From Takakia lepidozioides (taxonomy: Eukaryota; Plantae; Bryophyta), in contig CM060731.1 of assembly GCA_030704615.1 (NCBI GenBank), forward strand, positions 74,338,001 to 74,402,000: 64,000 nt of DNA, read 5' to 3'. A program made the translations under genes and the position numbers. Each line of letters opens with the position of its first letter. Position 1 is the first letter of the stretch. Below the pieces are notes generated by a model. It was not told the DNA's origin. It searched no databases and saw only the letters and a list, made by a program, of their open reading frames with translations. This document shows positions 1 to 10,893 of this stretch, piece by piece.

Positions 1-14
1 TTATATGCGGGAGC

Positions 15-902
15 ATCATTGATGCTCACCAAGTGTTCAACAGAATGCCTCAACGATCTTTGATCACGTGGAATATAATGTTGGCAGGATGTAATGCGTG
101 TCCAAGCCTGCGAGCTCTGGAAAAGGGGAAAGAGGTCCATGGTGACATTGTCGAAGCTGGAATTGTACCAGATGTCATTTTGAACACTCCCCTGGTGGAC
201 ATGTATGCCAAATGTGGGTGCATTAAGGATGCGAAGGGAGTTTCCATGGCTGAACGAGGTGTGGTGTGGTGGAGTGCGGTGCTTGCAGGGTATGCACAGC
301 AGGGACGTGGTATGGAGGCTTTGGAGACCTATGATCAAATGATGGGGGAAGGGGTGAAGCCCGACCACATCACGTTTGTGTACATTTGCAATGTGTGTGC
401 AAGCCTGTCAGCTCTGGAAAAGGGCAAAGAGGACCATGGCGACATTGTTGGATTTGCAATTGTATCAAATGTCATTCTGAACAATACCCTCGTGGACATG
501 TATGAAGGGAGTGTTCAACGGTATGGCTGAACGAGATGTGCTGTCGTGGAGTGCGATGATTGCAGGATATGCACAGCAAGGGCGCGGGATGGAGGCTTTG
601 GAGACCTATGAGCAAATGATGTGCGAAGGGGTGAAGCCCGCTTTGCATTGCATGATGTTGAGGAAGAGCTTAAAGAATCGTCTCTTTGCCACCACAATGA
701 GAAGCTGGCCATTGTTTTTTGGCTTATCAACACACCCTCTGGGATGTCTTTGGGGATCATCAGGAATCTTCGGATGTGTGGTGATTGCCACATAGCCACC
801 AAATTCATCTCAAAGATAGCTAAGCAAGAGATTGTTGTACGGGATGCAAACCACTTTCACCACTTCCAAAATGGTGTTTGTTCTTGTGGGGAGTATTGGT
901 GA
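15..902 (+). pseudogene. PLS-class PPR-DYW gene remnant (frameshifted; E/E+/PG-box missing), ending in EYW
   Basis: PPR motifs (LVDMYAKCG..DAKGVF, DVVSWSAMIAGYAQQGRG.EAL) in ORFs 33..530 and 502..795; ORF 621..902 gives the DYW C-terminal part: HHNEKLA (HxE), RMCGDCH (CxxC), RDANHFHHF, CSCGEYW. The pieces lie in different frames. Confidence 0.9.
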
Positions 903-1589
903 AATGAAATGCTTGTCACCTAATTGAATGTATTGAACTCTGTCAGCTGCGAGTCAGGTTGAACTCCAACAGTGGCAGCAAAGGCGCACGAAATCTCTTT
1001 TTGGAGAGGAATTCTCAACAGTAGGTTTTGAACATAATTGGACCTTGCGAAGGTTGAAACTGTAGAACAAATTCAGAAACTGTCCTAGTTGATGAACAGA
1101 GGTGCAGTGACTAGGTCTTCATGGTCTTCAAGAGGGTCACTCTCTGATGAAAATACCCAGGACTGTATATCAGAAATTGGAAACTTTCTGCAGGCCTCTT
1201 GCACATCGGGCATTGACAATGTCCCTTTCCTCTCTGCATCTGATTATTGTTAGATTCCACAACAAGTTTTATCGAGGGCAAACAGATTTTTTTTAATTAA
1301 TTTATTAGATTTTATTCTATTTTTAAATGAATAAACTTGATATAATATAAAAACATACATATACATATTTGAGGGTATTTTTTAATTATTGAAAAGGAAA
1401 ATATACATACAGAAGGCGGTACTTTTTAAAAATTACAAATTTCTATATATGTACAGGACGGGGTTTTATAATCTTCAAAATGTATGTACAGAGGGGGTAT
1501 AAATGATCCAAGGACCCGTATACAGGGGTTTTTTTTTATTAGGCGGCGAACGCACGTGATACGGACATTTTATAAAGAGTGCACCCCCC

Positions 1590-2340
1590 AGGTGGGGGAA
1601 GCACATCATGTTTGTGTGCATTTGCAATTCTTGTGCAAGCCTGGCAGCCCTGGAGAAGGGCAAGAGGTGCATAGGGATATCATCAAAGCTGGAATTGTGC
1701 CAAATGTCAATTTGAACACTACCCTAGCAGCTTTGGAAAAGGGGAAAGAGGTCCATGGCGACATCTTTAGAGTTGGAATTGTACCAGATGTCATTCTGAA
1801 CAATACCCTGGTGAGCATGTTTGCAAAATGTGGGTGCATCTAGGAAGCAAAGGGAGTGTTCGACACTATGGCTGAACGAGATGTGGTGTCGTGGAGTGTG
1901 ATGCTTGCAGGGTATGCACGGCAGGGACGTGGGATGGAGGCTTTGGAGAGCTATGAGCAGATGATGGGGGAAGCACATCATGTTTGTGTGCATTTGCAAA
2001 GCTTGTGCAAGCCTGACAACCGGCCTGGAGAAGGGCAAGAGGTGCATGGGGATATCATCAAAGCTGGAATTGTGCCAAATGTCAATCTGAACACTGCCCT
2101 GGCAACTTAGGGGAAAGAGGTGCATGGCGACATCTTCAGAGTTATTATTGTACCGGATGTCATTCTGAACAAAACCCTGGTGAACATGTTTGCAAAATGT
2201 GGGTGCATCTAGGATGCAAAGGGAGTGTTCGACACTATGGCTGAACGAGATGTGGTGTCGTGGAATGCGATGCTTGCATGGTATGCACGGCAAGGACGTG
2301 GGATGGAGGCTTTGGAGAGCTATGAGCAAATGATGGGGGA
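1590..2340 (+). pseudogene. Degenerate PLS-PPR repeats
   Basis: Repeated MFAKCGCI*.AKGVFDTMAERDVVSW units with stops and frameshifts. Confidence 0.85.
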
Positions 2341-2369
2341 AGGGGGGGGGCACCTTCTTTAGTAGCACA

Positions 2370-2600
2370 ATGGCTACGAGTGGGTAGATGGTCAACTGGA
2401 AACAACAATGGCAGCAGCGCAATTGATAGAACAAGGCCCACTGCTAATGAAGGTACCTTCTTCAACATATTTCACCCTGAATTCCCCTGCTATCAGAGTC
2501 CTCCCTAAGTATCCAAAAACAGGTAACAGATATGAGAAGAAGCTGTGGGATGAATACTTTTCTGACCCCAGTAACTGGTGGGACAACCAAGGCAAAAAGG
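2370..2600 (+). pseudogene. OSB-type PDF-motif (ssDNA-binding) fragment
   Basis: WVDGQL... followed by KKLWDEYFSDPSNWWDNQGKK then a GT donor; matches the LW..FF..P..WWDN half of the plant OSB PDF motif. Confidence 0.7.
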
Positions 2601-2675
2601 TGAATGCCTGTTAGATTACAGAGTGTAGCAGATGCAAATGACCATAGGAACTAGTGTGATAAGTTGAGTTGGGTG

Positions 2676-2912
2676 CAATTGCACTCTCCCTTTCCTCTCT
2701 GCTTCTGATTGCTATTCAAAGGTAGGATTCCTGCCCTTAGTTTGAATTTCAGTTTGGTGCCGAGAGTGGGTAGACCCTTGAGGTCATCCATGATGTCCTC
2801 CCCATGTCATAGACTGGAAACAAGTCCAGGGAAGTTTTCTGCCTAGCTTCATTTTCATCAGACAATTTTCTGGAAACGGACATGGCTTTGGACACTACAG
2901 CCTCTAAGTCAG
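2676..2912 (-). mobile_element. LINE 3'-region fragment
   Basis: Reverse complement aligns by eye to about 56580-56817 of the full LINE in this window. Confidence 0.85.
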
Positions 2913-2944
2913 TAGGGTTGGGGCATTTGATGGAACAATTTTAA

Positions 2945-3550
2945 AAGGTGTCAGATTACCAGATGTCATTCTGAACACTGCCCCTGCCCTAATGGACATG
3001 TATGCCAAATGTGGGTGCATTGAGGATGCCAAGGGAGTGTTCAACACTATGGCTGAACGAGATGTGGTGTCGTGGAGTGCGATGCTTGCGGGGTATGCAC
3101 AGCAGGGGTGCGGGATGGAGGCTCCAACCTATGAGCAAATGATGGGGGAAGGGGTGAAGCCCGCCGACATAAGGTTTGTGTGTGTTTGCAGTGTGTCTGG
3201 CAGCCCTGGAAAAGGGCAAAGAGATCCCTAGTGACATGATCAAATCTGCAATTGTTCCAAATGTCATCCTGAACACTGCTCTGGTGGCCATGTATGCCAA
3301 ATATGGTAGCATTGAGGATGCCAAGGGAGTGTTCAACACTATGGCTGAATGAGATGTGGTGTTGTGGAATGTGATGTTTGCAGGGTGTGCAGAGCAGGGG
3401 CGCTGTATGGGGCTTTGGAGACCTGAAAGCAAATGATGGGGGAAGGGGTGAAGTTCGACCACATCATGTTTGTGTGCGTTTGCAGTGCGTGTGCAAGCCT
3501 GGCAGCCCTGGAAAAGGGCATCGGAGGTGCATGGTTGCATCACCAAAGCT
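2945..3550 (+). pseudogene. Degenerate PLS-PPR repeats
   Basis: MDMYAKCGCIEDAKGVFNTMAERDVVSWSAMLAGYAQQG and related units, frameshifted. Confidence 0.85.
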
Positions 3551-3559
3551 GGAAATGTA

Positions 3560-3910
3560 CCAGATGGATCAATAGCTACAAGAAACCTGCATGGGTAGAT
3601 GGTGACTGGTCAACTAGAAGCCGCAGCAGCAGCGGCACAATGATAAACTCAGGCACTGGTAATGAAAGCACCTTCTTCAACACATTTCACCCTGTTTTTC
3701 CCTCTTATCAGAATCAGCCCTAAATTCTCATGTTGAATTCTGCAAGTTAGCTGGTTGAGTGAGCCTTTGATAGTTTGGAGCGACTTTGACATGGTACTGC
3801 CAATGTGACAACATAGAAGTATCCAAAAATAGGTAACAGCTGAGACGAGGAGAAGCTGTGGAATGAGTACTTTTCTGACCCCAGTCAACGGTGGGACAAC
3901 CGAGGTAAAA
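3560..3910 (+). pseudogene. OSB-type PDF-motif fragment
   Basis: WINSYKKPAWVDG... and EKLWNEYFSDPSQRWDNRG; paralogous to 2370-2600 and 57221-58380. Confidence 0.7.
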
Positions 3911-4559
3911 ACTTTTATGAACTTAAGGCATGAGTGGCTGATTGTTTCATTTCGAACCTGATATGCTTTGAGCCTGGTTCCGGAGATTTATCTCCAGACC
4001 TGCAATCTGCTTTTGTGATGAGTTTACAATCTGCATATATGGTGGTAAATGTTATATATCAAACCAAGGTTCTTTCCTAAATGTGAATGACCTGGAAACC
4101 TTGTTAGAAAGATGAATGGCTTACGAATTGGACTATGTATGGCTTGACCCATGGATTAAATTTGAAAGGGTTAGAACATGTGTTAGGGTTTTAATACTGA
4201 ATGGATGTGGGACATTGCTAGGGCGCCAGAGCATGACATTCCATGCATTCATGCCATTGGATGCCAAACTTTTTTTGGCACGTTGGACCAAGGTTTGTAT
4301 GCGTTCACGAACTACCGACCTTGCTCGTTGCCCGGTTGACCTTATTTTCCATAATTGCTAACTTTGTGGGGTGGAGGGGCTTGTGTTAGGCTGCAACTGG
4401 AGGCACCTCTCCATGCAGCAGTTTTCGTACTAGAGGTGAGCATGCATGCACCTGTTGGCCATCAGTTATGTACAATGTGGCCATTTACATGTTGGGTACT
4501 TCAAACTATTAGTAGATGCATTGCTAAATGTAACTGCTAAGGGGTGTTGGGCGTGATGT

Positions 4560-6075
4560 TTGCAGGCTGAGAAAGCCACTCTTGATATTGCCACTGACAG
4601 TGCACCAACTACGGCGCCTTCAAAGGCAACCCCCAAAATATCAACCCCCTGCCACAGTGGCAGATATTCTTATGCTACCAAAAGTACTCTACACTTTGAG
4701 TGATTGCTTATATGTGTGTAGTTTAAGTTGAAGGACAAAATCAGCCTGTATGATCCTCATTTACCACGACACAGGGCTGCTAGTGGAATTGTCACTGGTG
4801 TGCATGGCAAAGACACATATCACTGCCATGTTATACCTGAAGGATTGTGGCAGGTTGAGGTGAATGATATCTATATTGCCAATTGTGTCTTGCCTCACCC
4901 TAATGAGGAAGAGGTTCCACCGCAAACAATGTTGGAGGATGTCGTCGGTCTGAATTGTCTTTGGCCAGAGAAGAACATGAAGAGGGCTTAGATTTCAATC
5001 GCCGGGCATAGACATTGCTGGCAGTGAGAAGAAGGCAAGAAAGCAGTTCAGTGTTCCTAGCATGCATGTGTGGAGACGCCGTGTAGAAGTTAGGCTCAGA
5101 CTTTTATCATGGCTGGATTTTGTTGACAGTGTTCCAACACTTAACTCTCTGGGATTCTAGTCTATTTTGTGGAGCTTGAATCCCCAATGGTACTTCTTTC
5201 ACTACACTAGTGGTATGTGTTCCTCTAGTCATGTTTATAATCACTTGCACATCATTGTAATAGTGGTAAATTTAAAACTGTGGGAGTAGCCAAATGCACA
5301 CAATTGCCTACATTACCACTCGTATAGTGGTATAAGTAGTCACATATATATTACTGTACTAGTGGTATGAATTCCTCCAGTGGTATTCCTAATCACTTAC
5401 ACACCACTATGTTAGTAATCACTCCAATCCATAGTTCCCACTCAGAGAGACACCATGAATGACTCAAATAGCTTATACACCACTCTGTGGGCAATCATTC
5501 CAATGACCTGCTGAGAGACATCATCCACTCACATAACCACTTTGTGAGTGATATTGTATATTCTCCGTTTTCATAGAATGACTCTATGAGTCATTTTGTG
5601 ATCACTCAACAAGTGGTTTCGGAAGTCATTGAATTTCATTTCATCCATTTCGTAGCACTGACACACGACACGTGTCCATGCTCAGAGTGTCGCCACGTGT
5701 CGACATAATCTCCAACATCATCCACGGACCAAAGGCTTTCACGTCTCCACTACAAAACAGAAGTGGTTACTTTACCACTATGACATGTCAGTTTACCAAT
5801 GTGACATGTCATAAGCGGTTGGTTTACCTCAGTGACACGTCATTGACATGTCACAGTGGTTAATTTACCACTGTGACACGTTAGCTAACAGGTGGACCCG
5901 GACGTGAGTGGTTCGAACCACTGTCCTTAATCACCGGTGCCACGTAATGTCTTTTACCACTCACTTGTCCTAATGCACAGGTTCTTCATCACTCTGGGGC
6001 CAGAGTGGTTTAGTGTTTTTTACCACTCAAAATGAGTGGTTAACAGAGTGGTTATTCCGCGTTTTTCTTCTAGTG
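4560..6075 (+). mobile_element. CACTA/En-Spm element, 3' remnant
   Basis: Ends ...TTTTTCTTCTAGTG at 6075 (reverse complement CACTAGAAGAAAAA); dense subterminal ACCACT/AGTGGT motifs at 5200-6060. Left boundary not found. Confidence 0.75.
4728..4991 (+). CDS. C-terminal exon of a CACTA ORF2 (TNP1/Transposase_23-like domain)
   Basis: YHCHVIPEGLWQVEVNDIY..VLPHP..TMLEDVVG..LWP resembles the C-terminal domain of CACTA TnpA-like proteins and lies upstream of the CACTA terminus. Confidence 0.6.
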   Translation: MKDKISLYDPHLPRHRAASGIVTGVHGKDTYHCHVIPEGLWQVEVNDIYIANCVLPHPNEEEVPPQTMLEDVVGLNCLWPEKNMKRA

Positions 6076-6076
6076 C

Positions 6077-6457
6077 TGACTTTGAAAGTCGAGGCTGAGC
6101 CAAAAGCCCAGCCCCTTCGCCCTGTCAAACAAGGTGAGCCCTGGGAGAAGAGAGTAAAAGAGATTCTCAAGGATCTGAATCTGGACCCGCAAGTCTTGAC
6201 CTTGCTGGATAAACCTGACTTAGAGAGTGTAGTGTCCAAAGCCATGTCTGTCACCAGAAAATTGTCCGATGAAAATGAAGCTAGGAAGAAAACCTCCCTG
6301 AACCTGTTTCAAGTCTGTGACATGGGGGAGGACATCATGGATGCGCTCAAGGGTCTATCCCACTCTTGGCACCAAACCTAAATTTAAAGTCAGGATAGGA
6401 AGACTACCTTTGAACAGTAAACAGAAGCAGAGAGGAAAGGGAGAGTGCAATTTCCCT
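6077..6457 (+). mobile_element. Rearranged LINE 3' fragments
   Basis: 6077-6118 matches LINE about 56938-56980, then 6118-6457 matches about 56482-56820 (order swapped). Confidence 0.85.
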
Positions 6458-7992
6458 GACGTACCTCTGCTATTGCTGGTGCTTGAAGCGAGCTGGCGCG
6501 GCGTGGGTCCCCACTGCTGCAGGGCGTCTCTCCCCCGCTCACCACGGCTCTCTCTCTCTTCAGCTCGTTAGGTCGCGCCTCTGCGCGGCGTTCCTACCAC
6601 ACAGGGGAGAGAGACATCAGCCCGTGCTTAGGGCAAGAAAGAAAGACAGAAAGTGAGGGAGGAGGCGGTGCTTACCTTGGGCATTGGAGCGGCGTTGGGG
6701 CAAACTCCTTGGGGCCTTGCAACCACCTCGGGCTCAGCAGCAGGTGCGTTTCTCTTCCACCCGAAACCCCACTCTCTGAACTACCTCTCTCCCAAAGAAC
6801 AAACGAAAATGGGAGGGGAAAGAGATGCTTGAAGCACTTAGGGGAAAAAAAAAGGCGCGGCGCCCACGTGCGACGCCCGGCCGTCGCACGCCTGCGCCCG
6901 CCCTGTTTTGAAATGTAAAAATGAAGATTGCGATGGCTGGCCGTTGTTTCTTGCGACCCCTGGCCCCATAAATAAAAAACACGTCGCCCCCAGCGACGGC
7001 TGTCTGTTGCGGGGTGTGACCCCCAGGTAAAAATAAACTCGTCGTCCAATGCGACGCCAGGGTGTCGCAGGAGGCGACGGCCGGCCTTTCTGGATTTAGG
7101 GTTTAGGGCCTTTTGGGTTTCTTAGTTTTTATTTATTTTATTTATTTTTTCATATGGTACTGGGTTAGGGTGTTTGCTTTTCTTTATGGTGCTGGGTTAC
7201 ACTTTTTGCCACAAATCACTTGCATCATCCTTACGTTGAACTCCTTGTTTATGTGACATGCTTGGACTTTGTCATCTTACACATCAAAGAAAAAACCAGA
7301 ATATTTCGAAAAAATCCTAACCTAAAAATCCTAACCTAAATTTACTAACAAGTGTTCAAACCAGCCCAATGGTAATATATTTTATTACCATTATCAAATG
7401 TTTGTCTACGTGGTGTTTTGGTTTTCTAGACAAGTCTGATAGCAGGACTTTAGCCTTTGACCTAGAATGAATCAAAGTGCAAAAGGTTAAAAAGTCAAAA
7501 AGTTGCTAATAAGGTTGCCCATTAGGTTTAAAAAAGTTAAAAAGTTGCTAATAAGGTTGCCCACTAGGGTAATCGTGAACACAGAGGAGGGCTGGGACTT
7601 GGCGTTTTTTTTTGGTTCCCTGCGCCACACCATGTAGCCGAGGGATGGAACGCGATGATCGCAGGATATGCAGGGGCGTGGGATGGAGGCGTTGAGCAAA
7701 TGATGCAGGAAGGAGGAGAGGAGGAGGAGATGAGACGAGGAGAAGCTCGCAACATTCTTGCGAGCTTGCCGTTCTTGGGAGAGTTAGCTTGGTTATAGCA
7801 TGTCGTGTTTCAATCTCTGCCTACTCAGCTACACCGTGGTGGTTCGATCTCACAGACCAATCCGACATGACCTGACTACAGACACAAGCAGCACACACAA
7901 GAGGTCCTTTTGGGTTGATGGTCGATCAAGTCATGACACAACCAGTGAGGGCATCTTCTTCTTTGACCTATTTCAACGTGTTTTGCCCTCTC

Positions 7993-8220
7993 ACATCATG
8001 TTTGTGTGCATTGCAATGCTTGTGCAAGCCTGATAACCCTTGAGAAGGGCAAAGAGGTGCATGGGGATATCATCAAAGCTGGAATTGTACCTAATGTCAT
8101 TCTAAACACTGCCCTGGCAGCTCTGGAAAAGGGGAAGGAGGTCCGTGGTGACATCTTCAGAGTTGGAATTGTACCAAATGTCATTTTGAACAATACCCTA
8201 GTGGACATGTATGCAAAATG
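7993..8220 (+). pseudogene. PLS-PPR unit interrupted by MULE copy A
   Basis: ...NTLVDMYAK stops at the TSD and continues after 16544 as (A)KCGCIGDAKGVF. Confidence 0.9.
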
Positions 8221-8454
8221 AAGGTTAGCTATTTCATGAGCATGAGCGGCATGAGCGGAGTAGCGAGACAATCGGTTTTCATGAGCAGAAGTACAAATTT
8301 CGAAAATAAAAAACATTATAAAACATTAATTTAATGCAATGTGTAAGAAAAAACAAATATATTATTCGGCACCTTGAAGGGAAAATTGTAGTTTTGAGAG
8401 TTGTGCTCATCATATTTCGTCTTCCGCTCATGCCAATTCCCACCGACATGTGCA

Positions 8455-8825
8455 AAAATGGCGCCGAATTTCGCGGTAATAGGGTCCGTAACCGGAAAAA
8501 ACTGCGACGTATTTCGCGGTAATAGGTCTCTCTGGCGACCGAATTCCGCGGCTATAGGTCCCCTCATGACAGGTGTGTAAGCCCAAAATTTGGAAATGTG
8601 GCGCCGAATTTCGGTACATGGTGCCGGGGATTGCACAGATGTTGGGCAGTTCTGGGCCATGTAACTGGAAATTCGGCGCCATTTTTCCAGTGCATGTTCG
8701 GACTTAGCCAGTTTTCGGCGCAAAATAGGGAAATTCGGCGCCATTTTTCCAGACACGGGTACCAGTGCATGTTGGGACTTAGCCAGTTTTCGGCCCAAAA
8801 TAGAGAAATTCGGCGCCATTTTTCC
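8455..8825. repeat. Subterminal array of GAAATTCGGCGCCATTT motif (62-75 bp spacing)
   Basis: Motif copies near 8459, 8599, 8668, 8731, 8806. Confidence 0.85.
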
Positions 8826-8979
8826 AGAAATGGCCCCACAACTGCTGTTGGATCTCAGTTTGAATGGAATATTGCCTCATTCCAGGAGTTTTGGGGTGCA
8901 TTTCATTACACTGCAAAAAAAAGTCTGATACATGAAAATGCAATTGAAAATATCCATATGGAGGATTCCCTTTGCCCTA

Positions 8980-9830
8980 TCAATGATTTCTGGAATCCCT
9001 AAGGAGGAGTTTGTGCAGCTCGTTCACGCTCAACGCCGGTGCATGAATAAAGTCATCAATAGTCACGTTCATCCTCAACCTCTTCAGGTAAATGTAATAC
9101 AGATGCTTGCACGGATAATACTTTGAACCCTTCTTTGCTTTCATCAACGAGAAGTCCGTACAATTGCAAGTCGGCTCCACTCCAATCGTAATTGTGTATA
9201 CATCGTCGCGTACAGCCGAGCCGGCCGTTGCCATCCGATAAACATGCCTAAGGCCGGGTGGAGGTACGTCCACGGAGCTCTGAATAGTGCAAGCCATCCC
9301 AAGAGCATTGGCAATCCAAGTCTCATTCAACTTGTTGGGAGGGTGTCGTCTCTTCACTCTTCCAAATCGCATTGTGGGATGTGCAGAATTGTCCAATCCG
9401 TCTCTATTGGACCGAGCAGTCTGCAATGGCTGGGTCTGAGGAACCGGAAATGCGTGGGCCGGGACGTCTGTGCGTTGCACCATTCGAAATCCTGTTGCAG
9501 ATAGAGCATCCGCCTCATTCTGAGAGAGGCTGCAACCCGGTGCAACAGGCCAGACGCCCGGAGGCTCCGACATTCCCTGAATCCCGTACTTGGGCTTGCC
9601 AAATACACAGGTCATTATGTCGTGCCTACAACCAAAATGTTTGCGTTGTGGCGTGAGTAAATGTGGGAGTCAAAAATCTGCCGCTGAAACAAGGTGCAGG
9701 TACAGCACCGTGTGGGTTCCTCCGAATCATCTCACCACAGCATGCTCTCGTATCCACTCGGATGACGCAGCACTTCCCTCAAAATGCCGGCAATGTCCTC
9801 GCAATTCTCCACTGTGACTCTGACACTCTC
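8980..9830 (-). pseudogene. MULE transposase 3' remnant with SWIM zinc finger
   Basis: ORF 8980..9615: PTCNCTDF...CKHLYY (CxCxnCxH); nearly identical to the 3' part of 24513-28094. The 5' part is deleted at about 9830. Confidence 0.9.
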
Positions 9831-9834
9831 TTGG

Positions 9835-10170
9835 CCCCGAATTTCCAATGTAGAGGTAATTCGGAGCGCGGCAGGATGGGAATCCGGCGCCGGATTTCCA
9901 TCCGCGAGGTAGGGCGGCGCGCAAAATTTCCGTCACGCAGGTAATTCTGCGCGTGGATGGATGGAAATCGGGCGCCGGATATCCATCCGCCAGGTAGGGC
10001 GGCGCGCGAATTTTCCGTCACGCAGGTAATTCTGCGCGCGGATGGATGGAAATCCGGCGCCGGATTTCCATCCGCCAGGTAGGGCGGCGCGCGAAATTTT
10101 CGTCATGCTGGTAATTCGGAGCCGGATGGATGGAAATCCAGCGCCGGATTTCCATCCGCCAGGTAGGACG
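9835..10170. repeat. 85-bp tandem repeat with GGATGGAAATCCGGCGCCGGATTTCCATCC palindrome
   Basis: (C)AGGTAATTC recurs at 9938, 10023, 10108; the palindromic core occurs in each unit. Confidence 0.9.
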
Positions 10171-10893
10171 GTGCGCGCTGGAAGCGTATGGTTGCATCGC
10201 AAAAGCAGAAGCTGTTGCGAAGAATGATCAAGGTCTGAGTGGTTAAAAATTAAGGAAATCCATGCTGAGCTGAGAAGAATGTCTGAGCAGATGAAGTGCC
10301 TTCAACACTTTTCACCCTGTTTTCCCGTCTTATGGAATTCCTGATCATTTGTTCATCGTGTTTCATATTACCGGTTGAGTGAACCTTACATAGTTTGCAA
10401 TGCGTGTGCAAAGCCGGCAACTCTGGAGAAGGCTGCTTGTGCATGTCATTCTTAGGCATTGGTTGGATTTGTTTTCATTGTTGTTCCATGGCACTCCATA
10501 CTTCCTAATCTTGTTTTGTTTCATTGTTGTTCCACGATTGTTGCTATGGTGGTTGTGCTGCTCGTTGCGCTGCTGGTTTTGGCACCGATGTTGGTTCTCA
10601 CGATTTTTGGGAATGACAGAGTGACGACGAGCCCGACACGCTGGTGGTATCATCGACAGCTCCAACTCATCGCATGTTTGAATCGCCCAACTTGGGGCGA
10701 GAGGGCAAACTTAAACCTTTTGTTGGTGGATGGGAGGACCTGCAGCGAGAGTACGACATAATAGGCATTGGGGAGGTTGGTGCAGGCGGCATGGCAGTTG
10801 AAGGGCGTGAGGATAGCAGATCCGGCAATGGAGGTTGTTGATGCACATACAGTAGGGCCCGCCCACGCAAAGAAGAAGAAGAAAGCTAAGCAC

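Noticed and set aside
1572-2365. Possible TIR pair AAAGAGTGCACCCCCC / GGGGGGCACCTTCTTT around PPR repeats
   Set aside because: Short, low complexity, facing outward, and no TSD.
7095-7340. Telomere-like TTTAGGG and CCTAA motifs
   Set aside because: Only two or three copies; common in plant TEs and promoters.
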